In this document: positions 40,022-50,469 of the stretch, one piece after another
How the letters are laid out: the number at the start of each line of letters is the position of its first letter
Numbering within the stretch: position 1 is the stretch's first letter
Source: a candidate division WOR-3 bacterium
Lineage (GTDB): Bacteria; Hydrothermota; Hydrothermia; LBFQ01
NCBI GenBank assembly: GCA_027050205.1
Contig: JALUCS010000093.1
Coordinates: 31,282 to 95,281, forward strand
Reading direction: 5' to 3'
DNA length: 64,000 bases
Position numbers and translations under genes: made by a program
Notes under the pieces: model-generated
Told to the model about the DNA's origin: nothing
The model's database searches: none
What the model saw: only the letters and a program-made list of their open reading frames with translations

Positions 40022-41983
40022 ATGATGACGATTCTGCTCTTAACGCAGGAGATAAGGATAGATACCACCTACATCTACAAGGGGAAACCCGTGGTCGTAA
40101 TAGGGGAGGAGAAACGCTGGACGGAGGAGATGACCTACACCAAGACCTCCCCCTTCCGCATCCTTGAGAGGAACGGCATAGACATCATAAGGAAGGGGCC
40201 AGCGTTCAGCGCCGACGTCTACGTCTCCGGTTTCAAGGGCCACGACGTACCCGTCAGCATAGACGGTGAGAGGTTCTACAACGCCTGCCCCAACAGGATG
40301 GACGCCCCGACTGTGCGCATAAATCCCCTTGAAGTCTCCGTGATGCAGGTAAAGACCACCTCCACGTCCAACTTCACCGGTCTGGGGGGCGGCGTGATAG
40401 TGCATCGCCGTGTCCCTCCCAAGAAGCCTACCTTGAGGGCCTTCCTGATGGGAAACGCCCTCGCCTCCACCGGTGGGGATGCCGGAGTTTCACTTGAGGG
40501 GTTCAACCAGGGTCTCTATCTCCGCTTCACCCAGAGTACTCCCTACACCACGGGTACCAACTACAAAGATGAGCGCTACAAGGGTGTTGCCGGAAAGAGC
40601 ATAACGGAAGTCTACCCCTACATCCCGGACAGCTTCGCCGGTGCCAACAACCTCTCCTACCGCGTCGTGGAGGCCACCTTCAACGGCAGGGCCATGGAGG
40701 GGCTTCTGGACTACGGCCTCCTGGCCAACTACTACGGTAAGGTCCTCTTCCCCTACCTCCTGATGGACGAGATCTACAGTAAGCAGATAGGGGGCCACGT
40801 CGCCTACATGGGCCACAAGGTCTACTTCAACACCCTCCACCACTATATGACCAACGAGCTGCGTAAGTCCCTCGGTATGATGTTTATGAGTACGGACGCC
40901 TACGTCCTTAATGCCGGTATCACCAACCCCAACTTCCCCCTCTTCGGCTACGAGGTCTTCTACAGGAAGTGGTGGGCCTACAACAAGATAAAGCCCAAGA
41001 TGATGCCTGATACCATAAAGAACCACATGCTCCCCAACCTCCAGGTAGCCCAGGCCGACCTGAACCGTACCTTCACCTTTGAGGGTATCCCCGGCCTCTC
41101 CCTCTCCCTAAAGGGAGGTCTAGCTTACTACTTCATATCCCCCGACGAGAACTACGACCCTGCGGTTATGATGAAGCTCAAGGCCGTAGACCCCAACGCC
41201 AAGAAGGGTAAGCCCTTCCCCATCTTCAACCTCGTGAGCCGCTACAACCTCTCCACAGCCCTGGCGGGTGTGTTTGAGCTGGCGGCGGAACCTCCGGACC
41301 CGGAGTACGTCTATATAAACGTCAAGAAGCCTATGGGCAAGCCCTGGTGGGTGGGGAACTACTCCCTGAAGTGCGGTAAGAAGGTGGGCGGCCGCTTAGA
41401 GCTTACCCCCACGCTCGGTGATTACGGACTCAACCTCAACTTTGACCTCTACTCCTACTTCGTTAAGGACCAGAGCTACCTGACGAAAGTCAAGAGGGAG
41501 ATAAACATGAACGGTACGCCTACGACGGTCGTCATCCAGACCTACAAGAACGTAGACGAGGTCCTCGCTGGGTACAGGTTCAGGCTAAGCTGGAGGGAGA
41601 TGGTGGCCCTGACCTCCACCTACACCTACGCCCAGAACCTGACGGACAAGGTCCCCTTCGCCGAGACCCCGCCCCTGATGGTGGGTCTGGACCTCTCCAC
41701 CCCCAGGCTCTACGGCTTCAAGGCTGGTCTCTCCTTCATATGGAACGACGCCCAGACCCGCGTGGACACCATCCTAAACGAGAAGCCCACGACCTCGTGG
41801 TGGAGGAGCGACCTGTCCCTTGAGTACTCCTACAGGAACTTCACCGCCAAACTGGAGATAGACAACCTGACCGATAACCTCTACTACCGCCACCTCTCCT
41901 ACATGCGCAATCCCTTCGCCTCCGGCATGCCCGTCTACGAGCCGGGTCGCACCTTGAGGCTGACCGTTTCTTACGGAATGTAA
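40022..41983 (+). CDS. TonB-dependent receptor, copper-type (OprC/NosA-like)
   Basis: Plug motif ACPNRMDAP, Met-rich loops, C-terminal NLTDNLY...EPGRT. Confidence 0.85.
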   Translation: MMTILLLTQEIRIDTTYIYKGKPVVVIGEEKRWTEEMTYTKTSPFRILERNGIDIIRKGPAFSADVYVSGFKGHDVPVSIDGERFYNACPNRMDAPTVRINPLEVSVMQVKTTSTSNFTGLGGGVIVHRRVPPKKPTLRAFLMGNALASTGGDAGVSLEGFNQGLYLRFTQSTPYTTGTNYKDERYKGVAGKSITEVYPYIPDSFAGANNLSYRVVEATFNGRAMEGLLDYGLLANYYGKVLFPYLLMDEIYSKQIGGHVAYMGHKVYFNTLHHYMTNELRKSLGMMFMSTDAYVLNAGITNPNFPLFGYEVFYRKWWAYNKIKPKMMPDTIKNHMLPNLQVAQADLNRTFTFEGIPGLSLSLKGGLAYYFISPDENYDPAVMMKLKAVDPNAKKGKPFPIFNLVSRYNLSTALAGVFELAAEPPDPEYVYINVKKPMGKPWWVGNYSLKCGKKVGGRLELTPTLGDYGLNLNFDLYSYFVKDQSYLTKVKREINMNGTPTTVVIQTYKNVDEVLAGYRFRLSWREMVALTSTYTYAQNLTDKVPFAETPPLMVGLDLSTPRLYGFKAGLSFIWNDAQTRVDTILNEKPTTSWWRSDLSLEYSYRNFTAKLEIDNLTDNLYYRHLSYMRNPFASGMPVYEPGRTLRLTVSYGM

Positions 41984-42010
41984 AAGAGGAGAATCAGGGT
42001 ACGCCTTTTG

Positions 42011-42043
42011 GCCCCGTCCATGGAAGGGCGGGGCTTTTTCTTT
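42011..42043 (+). terminator. Intrinsic terminator
   Basis: GCCCCGTCC-ATGGAA-GGGCGGGGC followed by TTTTTCTTT. Confidence 0.8.
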
Positions 42044-42759
42044 CAGTACCCCCTCCTCTCAATCCACACCCCACCGAGCAGCAGTAATACGAGGGAGATT
42101 AGGAAACGGAGGCCATCGTTTAGGAGCTGGACGTCTAAGACCCTACGCAGGTCCGAGGGGTCGGATACCCCGGTAGCCTTAGCACCGAATATGGGGGATA
42201 GGTCTATCCAGCCCAATGCCCAAACTATAACCACGAGGAGCAGGATGGCTATGAACCACTTAAAGGGCATATCCTTAACGAGGGCGGCCGCCACCATTCC
42301 AGAGGTCAGGGTCAGGAGGATACGGAGATATCCGGAAAGGGCCAACTTCAGGGCATCCCCGGTGTTTATAAAACTCCCTAACGAGGCCACGTTCGTATCC
42401 GTGGTCATTTTGGAGATGATATAGGCGGCCAGTGCAAAGATAGCGAAATAAACCGTAGCCTGTAGAACGAGCCAGACCTCCTTGGAGAGGAGCAGGAGGG
42501 TGCGGTTGACGGGGAGGGAGTTGACGAACTCGTATATCCTACCCTCCCTCTCCGAGAAGTAGGTAGCTACGCCGGCGAAGATGGACCAGATGAATACCCC
42601 CGCACCGCCGAGGAGGAGGAAGAGGAAACCGACGTCGTTCTTTCTTTGGACGTTGTAGATGGCGATGGCCATAAATATGGTAATGACAGCCGTATTAGTG
42701 AGAAACCATCCCATAGAGAGACGCACATCCTTTTCAAAAAGGGTCCAAAACCTTTTCAT
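42043..42759 (-). CDS. ABC-2-type permease-like membrane protein
   Basis: EREGRIYEFVNSLPVNR...LLSK motif with six hydrophobic segments. ATG 42759 lies 6 nt after TATAAT. Confidence 0.7.
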   Translation of the reverse strand: MKRFWTLFEKDVRLSMGWFLTNTAVITIFMAIAIYNVQRKNDVGFLFLLLGGAGVFIWSIFAGVATYFSEREGRIYEFVNSLPVNRTLLLLSKEVWLVLQATVYFAIFALAAYIISKMTTDTNVASLGSFINTGDALKLALSGYLRILLTLTSGMVAAALVKDMPFKWFIAILLLVVIVWALGWIDLSPIFGAKATGVSDPSDLRRVLDVQLLNDGLRFLISLVLLLLGGVWIERRGY

Positions 42760-42803
42760 CCTGAAATTATACCCTCGGGGGGTGTGCGGCCCCCCGAAAA
42801 GAC

Positions 42804-43790
42804 TCACTTCTCCTCCAACTTCAGTATGTCCGTTATCTTCACCCCCACCTGCGCCCCGCCGGAGAAGACGCTGCCGGTACGTTTGGCCTCAAGGCGCTTC
42901 TTATCCAGTTCGTAGGCCTCGTCGGGAAGCTCAACGTACCCGACGTCCCTTATGAGGTTTTTCACATTAGTGAGATAGTAATCCACGAACTTCTTCACGT
43001 AGGGCTTCGTCTCGTAGGACTTCTTATTGACATAGATGAAGAGGGGTCGGGAGAGGGGTACGTACTTGCCGCTTACGACGTTCTCAACCGTAGGCATTAC
43101 AGGGCCGTTCCCTCCGTCTATCGGCACGGCCTTCAGCTTGTCCTTGTTCTCAAGGTAGTAAGCTAGGCCGAAGTACCCCAGGGCGTACTTATCGGAGGCC
43201 ACCCCTTGGACGAGGACGTTGTCGTCTTCGGAGGAAGTGTAGTCTCCCCTGCTGGCCCCCTCCTTCCCGACTATGGCCTTGGTGAAGTAGTCAAAGGTTC
43301 CGGAGTCTACGCCGGGGCCGTAGAGGTGTATCTCCTTGTCCGGCCATCCCTCCCTTATCTGGCTCCACTTCGTTATCTTCCCTTGGGATTCGGGCGCCCA
43401 GATCTTCCGCAGTTCCTCTACGGTCAGGTAGTCCACCCACGTGTTGTCGGGGTTGACGACGACGGTTATGGCGTCGTACCCTATGGGTAGCTCGTAGAAC
43501 TCTATGCCGTTCTTCTTGCACAACTCCAGCTCCGTCGGCTTTATGGGGCGGGAGGCGTCGTTTATGTCCGTCTCACCCCTGCAGAACTTCTTGAAACCCC
43601 CACCCGTCCCCGATATCCCGACGGTCACCTTGATGTCGGGGTTGTCCTTCTGGAACTCCTCGGCTACGGCCTCGGTTATCGGATACACGGTTGAAGAGCC
43701 GTCTATGGAGACGACCTTGGTCCTCCTGGACTTCCCGCACCCGGAGAGGAGAGCCAGGACAGCAGCCGCAAGCAGAAACTTCCTCATCAT
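42804..43790 (-). CDS. pstS: Phosphate ABC transporter substrate-binding lipoprotein
   Basis: Lipobox [26 protein letters not shown] and LSRPLFIY. Confidence 0.95.
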   Translation of the reverse strand: MMRKFLLAAAVLALLSGCGKSRRTKVVSIDGSSTVYPITEAVAEEFQKDNPDIKVTVGISGTGGGFKKFCRGETDINDASRPIKPTELELCKKNGIEFYELPIGYDAITVVVNPDNTWVDYLTVEELRKIWAPESQGKITKWSQIREGWPDKEIHLYGPGVDSGTFDYFTKAIVGKEGASRGDYTSSEDDNVLVQGVASDKYALGYFGLAYYLENKDKLKAVPIDGGNGPVMPTVENVVSGKYVPLSRPLFIYVNKKSYETKPYVKKFVDYYLTNVKNLIRDVGYVELPDEAYELDKKRLEAKRTGSVFSGGAQVGVKITDILKLEEK

Positions 43791-43804
43791 GGTTGTCCTT
43801 CCAT

Positions 43805-44827
43805 TTAAAACTTCGCCTCCGTATGGAGGCTAACCGTGGGGGTTTTCCCCTCCTTCCACCTGTAAGAGAGGGCTGCCCGGAGGTTGTCGCTAAGCCTGTA
43901 GGAGATGCCCCCTATGACGGTGTGAGCCGTATAGTTGGCCATGAGGTCGTACCTGCCGAATAGGTTTAGATGCCCCTTGAGGAGGTGAAGGACGGCGAAC
44001 GCAGACGCCCCTTTCGTGTAGGATCTGTAGGACGTCGTATAGTGCGCGTGGGTGAGCATCAGGGTCAGAGGGGTGGTCTTCAGGCTAAGGCCGGCGATGT
44101 ACCTGTCCTTAAAGCCCAGGCCCTCCGTGGTCGTGTGGGCGAAGGCGTGTATGCCCAGGAGGTCGCCGAAGCCGAAGAGGGCGGACGGATATACGGAGAG
44201 GCGGCCCATGACGTCCTTGTGGGGGTCGCTCTCAAGTTCCTTGTAGCCGTTCCCGTTGTATATACCGGCGTTGAGGTCCCACGGAAGCTGTTTGCACTTG
44301 TATATCAGGGAGGCTCCCATATCGGCTGTGTATTCCAAACCGGCGAGGTCGTAGGCCGTCTTCTCAACGAAGCGATGGCCCCAAAGCCCCTCCTCAAGCC
44401 CCGTCCATACCGTCGGGATGACCCCGAAGCGGAGGGTTAAAGAGCGCTTGTCGCTCTTCAGAGCCTTCCACTGGACGTAGGCGTGCTTCAAATACACGGC
44501 GTAGGCGCTCTTCTTTGAGGTCTCACCCACGAGTTTCGTCAGGGGGGCGACGTCCGTCGTGAAGCGTATCAGGATGTCCCCTCTCCTGAACTTCGTTATG
44601 ATATACATACGGTCCACGTAGAAGCCGTTCTCGTAGGGGGAGGAGGTGCCGATGCTGTACCTTAGGTAGGTCTTCCCGCCGAACTTGAGGTTGCTTTCTT
44701 CCATAGAATTTTTAAAAGGACGAACCCTGCGTACCTGATGGACCGGTATGGTCTTAACCTCCGATACCTTGAGCCTTACAGTTCCCTTTAGGGTATCAAC
44801 AGGGAAACCGATCATTAGGGCAATCAT
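43805..44827 (-). CDS. Putative phosphate-selective porin (OprO/P-like)
   Basis: Beta-barrel pattern, YLKHAYV, YNGNG and C-terminal Phe; directly upstream of pstS. Confidence 0.65.
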   Translation of the reverse strand: MIALMIGFPVDTLKGTVRLKVSEVKTIPVHQVRRVRPFKNSMEESNLKFGGKTYLRYSIGTSSPYENGFYVDRMYIITKFRRGDILIRFTTDVAPLTKLVGETSKKSAYAVYLKHAYVQWKALKSDKRSLTLRFGVIPTVWTGLEEGLWGHRFVEKTAYDLAGLEYTADMGASLIYKCKQLPWDLNAGIYNGNGYKELESDPHKDVMGRLSVYPSALFGFGDLLGIHAFAHTTTEGLGFKDRYIAGLSLKTTPLTLMLTHAHYTTSYRSYTKGASAFAVLHLLKGHLNLFGRYDLMANYTAHTVIGGISYRLSDNLRAALSYRWKEGKTPTVSLHTEAKF

Positions 44828-44969
44828 AAGCAGATAGTATTCTACCGATGTATAACCTTCCGGTGGGTCGCCTGTGTTTGCTCCGTTCGGAGCATACCGC
44901 GTCTAGTATAGGGATAATGGCGAACCGATAAGGGTATTACGCCGATAGGGGAAACAGCTCCACTCTCAT

Positions 44970-45039
44970 CCTCAAAAAATGAAAGTTGAACTTGGTGGCA
45001 CTTCAAGATTCCTTTACTCCCATTAGCGGATTCTGAAAA
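44970..45039 (-). repeat. Dispersed element A copy
   Basis: Reverse complement TTTCAGAATCCGCTAATGGGAGTAAAGGAATCTTGAAGT matches 13988-14026 at 35/39 positions by hand count. Confidence 0.85.
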
Positions 45040-45446
45040 CACCGGTACATTCCACTTTCAAATTCTGGTATTCAAAGGATAGAGGGATTGGCAGGTTCTG
45101 TAGCTATGGGATTGATAGAAACGTGAATCCCCACTGTAATGCTGACCTTTGAATGCAAGCCATTTTAAAATTCTAAAGTTGTATTTTAAAAAACTTAAAA
45201 TGTGTGTTTAAAAAATTGAAAGTACTACTTTAAGATTTTGGAACCCTACAGATCTGAGGATTGGATGTCGTCTATTGTTTTCATTTGGAGACGTTGGTCA
45301 CGGGGCATCATTCCATAAGCGTAATATCTCCTCCTATCGCACCCTATCCGGCATTGTATTCAACCTCCCTCCGGAACCGGCTTTCGGGAAGTACGGGCCA
45401 TAATTGACAGAAGCCGCCAACACGACACAGTACAGGAAATTCGCTC

Positions 45447-45478
45447 CAACCCCACCTGAAAGCAACCCCACCTGAAAG
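45447..45478 (+). repeat. Perfect 16-bp tandem duplication
   Basis: CAACCCCACCTGAAAG repeated twice. Confidence 0.9.
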
Positions 45479-45534
45479 ACCATCGGCCGGATACGGGAGA
45501 CCCTCACCTGCGGGCTAAAACGCCCAAAGGCCTA

Positions 45535-46095
45535 TCATTTCCCACCCTTCAGCACCTCTAAGGCCTTTCCCGGTCCCTCCTCCTCGTTCTGACTCAACAC
45601 GAAAAGAACCTCGTCCAAGAGGGTCAAGAGCTTTTCGTCTATGGAGTTCCTGCGAACGGCCCTGTCCACGAGGTCGTAGAGAGTGGAGAGCAACCTCTGG
45701 GTACTCCGCAGGGTACGGAGGCCAGGACTGTAATGGAGCATCTCAAGGATGTCCATTATCCTATCGTACAGCTCCTGGTAGCCCTCAACTTCCCTCCCCT
45801 CCTCCAAGCGGGTCAAGAGATCCATAAAGGCGTTGAGAAGTTCGGCCATAACGGAGAAGACCGTTTCCCTCTCCGGCTCCGTCTTCCCCAACCCCATCTG
45901 GTTGGAGACGATATCCGCCATGTACTGGAGTATGGGAACCAACCTACCGTCGGGCGCTACCCCCATCGCCTCGGCGAGGGATTTGAGCATCTTCTCCATA
46001 TAACCCTTGCGGCGTTTGTAGGAATCGTAAGGCTCCATGAAGTACGAGGTGACCCACGACTTCACCTCAACCAGTTTGCCAATGAAGGTCTCCAT
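45535..46095 (-). CDS. Hypothetical helical protein
   Basis: 186-aa ORF. TACAAT 8 nt before ATG. Confidence 0.65.
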   Translation of the reverse strand: METFIGKLVEVKSWVTSYFMEPYDSYKRRKGYMEKMLKSLAEAMGVAPDGRLVPILQYMADIVSNQMGLGKTEPERETVFSVMAELLNAFMDLLTRLEEGREVEGYQELYDRIMDILEMLHYSPGLRTLRSTQRLLSTLYDLVDRAVRRNSIDEKLLTLLDEVLFVLSQNEEEGPGKALEVLKGGK

Positions 46096-46129
46096 AGGCC
46101 GATATTGTATCCCCGCTTAGAATAGGGAG
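46096..46129. promoter_or_regulatory. Back-to-back leaderless -10 promoters
   Basis: TACAAT on the minus strand (46104-46109) and TAGAAT on the plus strand (46118-46123) in a 34-bp divergent gap. Confidence 0.7.
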
Positions 46130-46777
46130 ATGTTCGGCATAGGGACGGTCCTTGACAAGATAACGAGCCTGTTTTGGGGCTTCGGCTTCCTCTACCATCT
46201 CGGTGGGGGCGTATCCTTCCCCACCACCGCCTCCCTGAACGGCTACCTTAGGGACTACGGTTATCCATCCGTCCCGGAGGCCTACCTCTCCGAGGTGTCG
46301 GGATGGAGGATCTTCCTGAAGGGCTACACCGTATCCAGATTCTCTGGCAGCATATGGGGAGGGGAGGCGACCTCCGGGGATAAGGTGGTCTCCATAGACG
46401 GGAGCTACTCCTACTACTCCCTTGGGAAACTCCTGACCCTCAAGAGCGGGACCTTCTACCTCCTGCCATCGGTAGGGCTTGGGCGATCCAACCTAACCCT
46501 GACGGTGGGGGACAACGTCGTCCGGTTTGACTCTCTCCTATCATCGCCTGGGAACGTCTCCACCCTCCGGACCGACTCGTGGATCCTGACCCCCGAAGCG
46601 GAGTTCCTCTGGAGGAAGGAGGCCTTCCTGTTTCTGGGGGCGAGGTTGGGGTACATGCTCGCCTTCCCCAAAGGGAGATGGACGACGGAGGGTGTGGAGG
46701 TGAAGGGAGGCCCAAATACGGCTATGGACGGTCTATATTTCAACCTAACCATAGGGTTGGGGTTCGTGGTGCTTTAA
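46130..46777 (+). CDS. Putative outer-membrane beta-barrel protein
   Basis: Amphipathic beta-strands and terminal YFNLTIGLG. Confidence 0.55.
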   Translation: MFGIGTVLDKITSLFWGFGFLYHLGGGVSFPTTASLNGYLRDYGYPSVPEAYLSEVSGWRIFLKGYTVSRFSGSIWGGEATSGDKVVSIDGSYSYYSLGKLLTLKSGTFYLLPSVGLGRSNLTLTVGDNVVRFDSLLSSPGNVSTLRTDSWILTPEAEFLWRKEAFLFLGARLGYMLAFPKGRWTTEGVEVKGGPNTAMDGLYFNLTIGLGFVVL

Positions 46778-46814
46778 CAAGCACGATAATTTATCTTCCT
46801 TATAATACCCTCCT

Positions 46815-47084
46815 ATGACGAAAGGGGAACTCATAACGCGGCTCAAGAACAGGACGGGCTTGACCAAGCAGCAGCTTGCCGAGATCGTTGATGCCCTGCT
46901 GGCCGAGCTGGCGGAGGCCTTCATCCGCCAGGAGAGGGTTGAGATAAGGGGCTTCGGGGTGTTCATCCCCGTACACCGCAAGCGCAAGAAGAGCGACGAG
47001 AAGCTCCCCCGCATAAAGTTCAAGCTCTCGCAGGTGATAAGGCAGAAGATGATAGAGGAGGAACGGAAGAGGAGGAAAGGGTAA
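46815..47084 (+). CDS. HU/IHF family DNA-binding protein
   Basis: MTKGELI, VEIRGFGVF and KFK. The arm is shortened. Confidence 0.88.
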   Translation: MTKGELITRLKNRTGLTKQQLAEIVDALLAELAEAFIRQERVEIRGFGVFIPVHRKRKKSDEKLPRIKFKLSQVIRQKMIEEERKRRKG

Positions 47085-47173
47085 TGCCCTGCGGACGCAA
47101 GCGGAAGCTGAAGAAGATAAAGAAGCACAAGCTCAAGAAGCGCCGCAAGAAGATGCGTCACAAGAAGAAGTGA
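47084..47173 (+). CDS. Small basic AURKAIP1/COX24 (bS22/mS38-like) ribosomal protein
   Basis: Not in the ORF track. MPCGRKRKLKKIKKHKLKKRRKKMRHKKK; overlaps the HU stop (TAATG) and the tsaB start (GTGA); GGAGG upstream. Confidence 0.85.
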   Translation: MPCGRKRKLKKIKKHKLKKRRKKMRHKKK

Positions 47174-47784
47174 GGGAGAGCCTCCCCCTCCTCGCCGTTG
47201 ATACGGCCTATAAGTTCTTCAGCGTAGCGCTTTGGAAAGAGGGGAAAGTGCGCGAGATGAAGGAGGGGGAGGCCTTCAGACACGTAGAAGGGCTGAATCT
47301 AAAGGTTCGGAATCTCCTGAAAGGGGAGGGGATTAGGATAACGGACATAGGTGCGGTCCTCATAACGGTGGGACCCGGCTACTTCACCTCCCTAAGGGTG
47401 GCGGCATCCTTCGCCAAGGCCCTCCACCTGACTTTCGGCATCCCCATCTACGGCTTTGGCTCCCTGCAGGCCATGGCTGTGGGGGTAGAGGACGGACGGT
47501 ACATAGCCACGATGGACGCCCGTAAGGGTCAGGTGTATGCCCAAACCTTCAAAGTGGAGGGGGGAATACCCATAGAGGACGGGGTCATCCCCCTGGGGAT
47601 ATACGGCTCCGACGACCTCCCCTACGGAAGGTACGCTCCCCTACCTCCGCCGGAGGAGAGCCTTAGGGCCTCAAACCTCTTCCCTCTGTACTTCGCCGGC
47701 CTCGGCGACGAGTTGGAACCGAACTTCTCGCCCCTCTACCTCCGGCCGCCCGACGCCGTCGTGAACAGGCGACGGGAAGCCTGA
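47170..47784 (+). CDS. tsaB: t6A modification protein TsaB
   Basis: LAVDTA, GPGYFTSLR, DARKGQVY and PLYLR. Confidence 0.9.
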   Translation: MRESLPLLAVDTAYKFFSVALWKEGKVREMKEGEAFRHVEGLNLKVRNLLKGEGIRITDIGAVLITVGPGYFTSLRVAASFAKALHLTFGIPIYGFGSLQAMAVGVEDGRYIATMDARKGQVYAQTFKVEGGIPIEDGVIPLGIYGSDDLPYGRYAPLPPPEESLRASNLFPLYFAGLGDELEPNFSPLYLRPPDAVVNRRREA

Positions 47785-47812
47785 TCCCTTTCGGGGGTAA
47801 AATAACCCACCT

Positions 47813-49012
47813 ATGAGGCTACTAACGATAAGAGATGAGACCGAGGCTTTTAAAGGCAAGAGGGTTCTCGTCAGGGTAGACTACAACGTCGTAAAAGGTG
47901 GGAAGATAAGCGACACCTACAGGATAGACAGGACCCTGCCCACGATTAAAGCTCTCCTTAATGCTGGAGCCAAGCAGGTGGTCCTCGCCTCCCACTCCGG
48001 TAGGCCCAAGGGAAGGGATAAGTCCTTGAGTCTGAAGCCCATCGTAAAGTACCTGAAGGATAAGCTGGGGGAGGAGGTGGGCTTCGTTGAGAACGTAATA
48101 AACGATGAGGCTCCGGAGGATAAGAGGGTGGTCCTCCTTGAGAACCTCCGCTTCTGGGAGGGGGAGAAGAAGGACGACCCCGAATTCGCCAAGGCCCTGT
48201 CCAAATTCGGAGAACTTTACGTAAACGACGCCTTCGGCGTATCCCACCGGAGGAACGCCTCCGTCCACGCCATAAAGGACTTTTACGACAAGCGGTACGC
48301 CGGTCTCCTTATGGCCGAGGAGGTGGAGAATCTGACCACCGTACGGGACAACCCCGAAAGGCCCTTCCACGTCCTCTTCGGCGGGGCCAAGATAAAGGAC
48401 AAGATACCCGTCCTTGAGTCCCTCGTTCAAAAGGCGGACAGGATATACATCGGTGGAGCCATGGCCTACACCTTCCTGAAAGCCAAAGGTAAGGAGGTGG
48501 GCCGGTCCCTCGTAGACGAGGAACACCTGGATTGGGCCAAGAGCTTCCTGGAGAAGAACGGGAAGAAGCTCGTCCTCCCCTCGGATCACGTGTGCGCCAC
48601 TGCCCCCGTAGAGGAGTGCGGTAAGGGGTACGAGGTCAGGGACGTTGAGAGTGAGGACATACCCGACGACCTCGTCGGCTACGACATAGGGTGGGAGACC
48701 GTAAAGAGGTACAGGGAAGGTCTTAAAAAGGCCCAAATGGTCTTCTGGAACGGCCCGATGGGGATGTTTGAGTGCGAGGACTTTGAGTGCGGTACCAAGC
48801 TCCTCGCCATATTCCTCTCCTCCCTCAAGGACGACGGGAAGAAGGTTGTCGTGGGTGGAGGGGACACGGTGGCGGCCATCTCCCGTTTCCACATCCCCTA
48901 CGAGGACTTCCACTTCGTATCTACGGGAGGAGGGGCAGCCCTTGAGTTCCTCGCGGGTAAGGAGCTACCCGGCATAGCCATAATCACCAGGAAGACCAAG
49001 AAGGAGGATTAG
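47813..49012 (+). CDS. pgk: Phosphoglycerate kinase
   Basis: RVDYNV, LLENLRF, NDAFG, WNGPMG and STGGGA. Confidence 0.97.
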   Translation: MRLLTIRDETEAFKGKRVLVRVDYNVVKGGKISDTYRIDRTLPTIKALLNAGAKQVVLASHSGRPKGRDKSLSLKPIVKYLKDKLGEEVGFVENVINDEAPEDKRVVLLENLRFWEGEKKDDPEFAKALSKFGELYVNDAFGVSHRRNASVHAIKDFYDKRYAGLLMAEEVENLTTVRDNPERPFHVLFGGAKIKDKIPVLESLVQKADRIYIGGAMAYTFLKAKGKEVGRSLVDEEHLDWAKSFLEKNGKKLVLPSDHVCATAPVEECGKGYEVRDVESEDIPDDLVGYDIGWETVKRYREGLKKAQMVFWNGPMGMFECEDFECGTKLLAIFLSSLKDDGKKVVVGGGDTVAAISRFHIPYEDFHFVSTGGGAALEFLAGKELPGIAIITRKTKKED

Positions 49013-49015
49013 AAG

Positions 49016-49828
49016 TTGCGAATCTTCCACAGGATCCTCGCGGCGGTGGACCTCTCGGAGAACAGCGAGCAGGTCAGGAGCTGGGCGGAAGGTATGGCCC
49101 AGAGCCTGGGGGACGTCGTTGACTACGTGGGCGTGTTCCCCCGCTTCCCCGACATATACATGACCGTCCTGGGCTGGAGCAAGGACTTCATACAGAACGT
49201 AAACCGCGCCAAGGAGGAGATGTTCAGGGAGATGAGTAGGCGGTACGGGGGAGCGGGCAAGGTCCACGAGCTGGAGGGCGTACCCGACGAGACCATCGTC
49301 TCCTTCGCCAGAGACAGGAAGGCCTCCCTCGTCGTCATGGGTTTCAGGGGGGCGGGTAGGTCAAGGATACCCATAGGCAGTACCGCCCTCGGCGTTATAA
49401 GGAAGTCCGACAGGAACGTCCTCCTCGTAAGTTCGTCCTTCAACCCGCCCAAGAGGATAGCCGTGACCCACAGCTTCAGGCCCACGGACAAGAGCGCCCT
49501 CCTCATAGCCTCGGCCATAGCCAAGACCTTCGGGGCGACCCTGTACCGGGTCCACGTGATAGACACCCACTTCTACAGGCTCATACCGGGGGACCTGAAG
49601 GAGGAGCTGAAGTTTGAGATAGAGATGGAGCTGTCCAAGTCCATCCCCGGTGTGAATACGGTCCCCGTGGTCCTTGACGGGGACGTCCCTATGGAGCTGG
49701 CACACTGGGCGGCGAAGAACGACATAGACATCGTGGTCTTCGGCTCCGAGCCTAACAAGATAGGCCTCGCCATACAGGAGTTCCTGATGCAGACGGTGAA
49801 CAACGTCTTGGTGTGCCGTGGGCTTTGA
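49016..49828 (+). CDS. Universal stress protein (tandem USP domains)
   Basis: RILAAVDLSE, LVVMG...GST and a second USP domain. Confidence 0.88.
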   Translation: MRIFHRILAAVDLSENSEQVRSWAEGMAQSLGDVVDYVGVFPRFPDIYMTVLGWSKDFIQNVNRAKEEMFREMSRRYGGAGKVHELEGVPDETIVSFARDRKASLVVMGFRGAGRSRIPIGSTALGVIRKSDRNVLLVSSSFNPPKRIAVTHSFRPTDKSALLIASAIAKTFGATLYRVHVIDTHFYRLIPGDLKEELKFEIEMELSKSIPGVNTVPVVLDGDVPMELAHWAAKNDIDIVVFGSEPNKIGLAIQEFLMQTVNNVLVCRGL

Positions 49829-50469
49829 TCTCCTTCCTCGCCGACTTGAGGGGTACCTATCCCCTCGGCGGGGATAACCTGCTGTTCCCTGTAAAGTGCG
49901 GGGACCTACCCACCCTCCGTTTCGGAGGGGGAAGGATGTTCGGGATGGTGAGTGAGGGTTTCCTGTCCTTTTCCCTACACTCCGTCGCCCTCGGTATCCG
50001 GTACTACGGCACGGGGGACAGCCTCTTCTCCGATTACTCCGGGTATCTTGCTGTGAGGTTCGGTAGGTTGGGGGTATCGGCCTCCTACGGCTCCAACTCC
50101 GTAGGGAGCAGCCGGAGTACCTACGGCGGGGCGATGGTGTCCTTTGAGGGCAGGGCCTCGCCCGTGATCTTGAGGGTGTCGGCAGGGTACGTAATTACGC
50201 CCATACTGGCGGCGGAAGGCGACTTGAGACGGACGGATTCGGGCATTAGGTTCGTGGCCGTCTCCCGGCCGGGGATCTACGTAGATGTGGCCGTCCTCCC
50301 CTACATCCACGTTGGCCAGATTTCAATAGGGGGACTCTACCGGACCTCCGGGAACACCTTCGGCCTCTTCCTATCCTATCGCCACACCCTTGGCCTCCTC
50401 TCCCTCCTCTTCTCCACCCACGAGGCCCTCGGAGAGGGCGTACTTTCGGACAACCTACTGGTCCTCTAA
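49813..50469 (+). CDS. Hypothetical beta-strand-rich (outer-membrane-like) protein
   Basis: Amphipathic strands and a C-terminal HEALG. Confidence 0.5.
   Translation: MPWALISFLADLRGTYPLGGDNLLFPVKCGDLPTLRFGGGRMFGMVSEGFLSFSLHSVALGIRYYGTGDSLFSDYSGYLAVRFGRLGVSASYGSNSVGSSRSTYGGAMVSFEGRASPVILRVSAGYVITPILAAEGDLRRTDSGIRFVAVSRPGIYVDVAVLPYIHVGQISIGGLYRTSGNTFGLFLSYRHTLGLLSLLFSTHEALGEGVLSDNLLVL

Noticed and set aside
47822..48913. Long antisense ORFs (also 3485-4099, 37741-38397 and others)
   Set aside because: They are shadows of well-supported genes, caused by GC3-rich codon bias.
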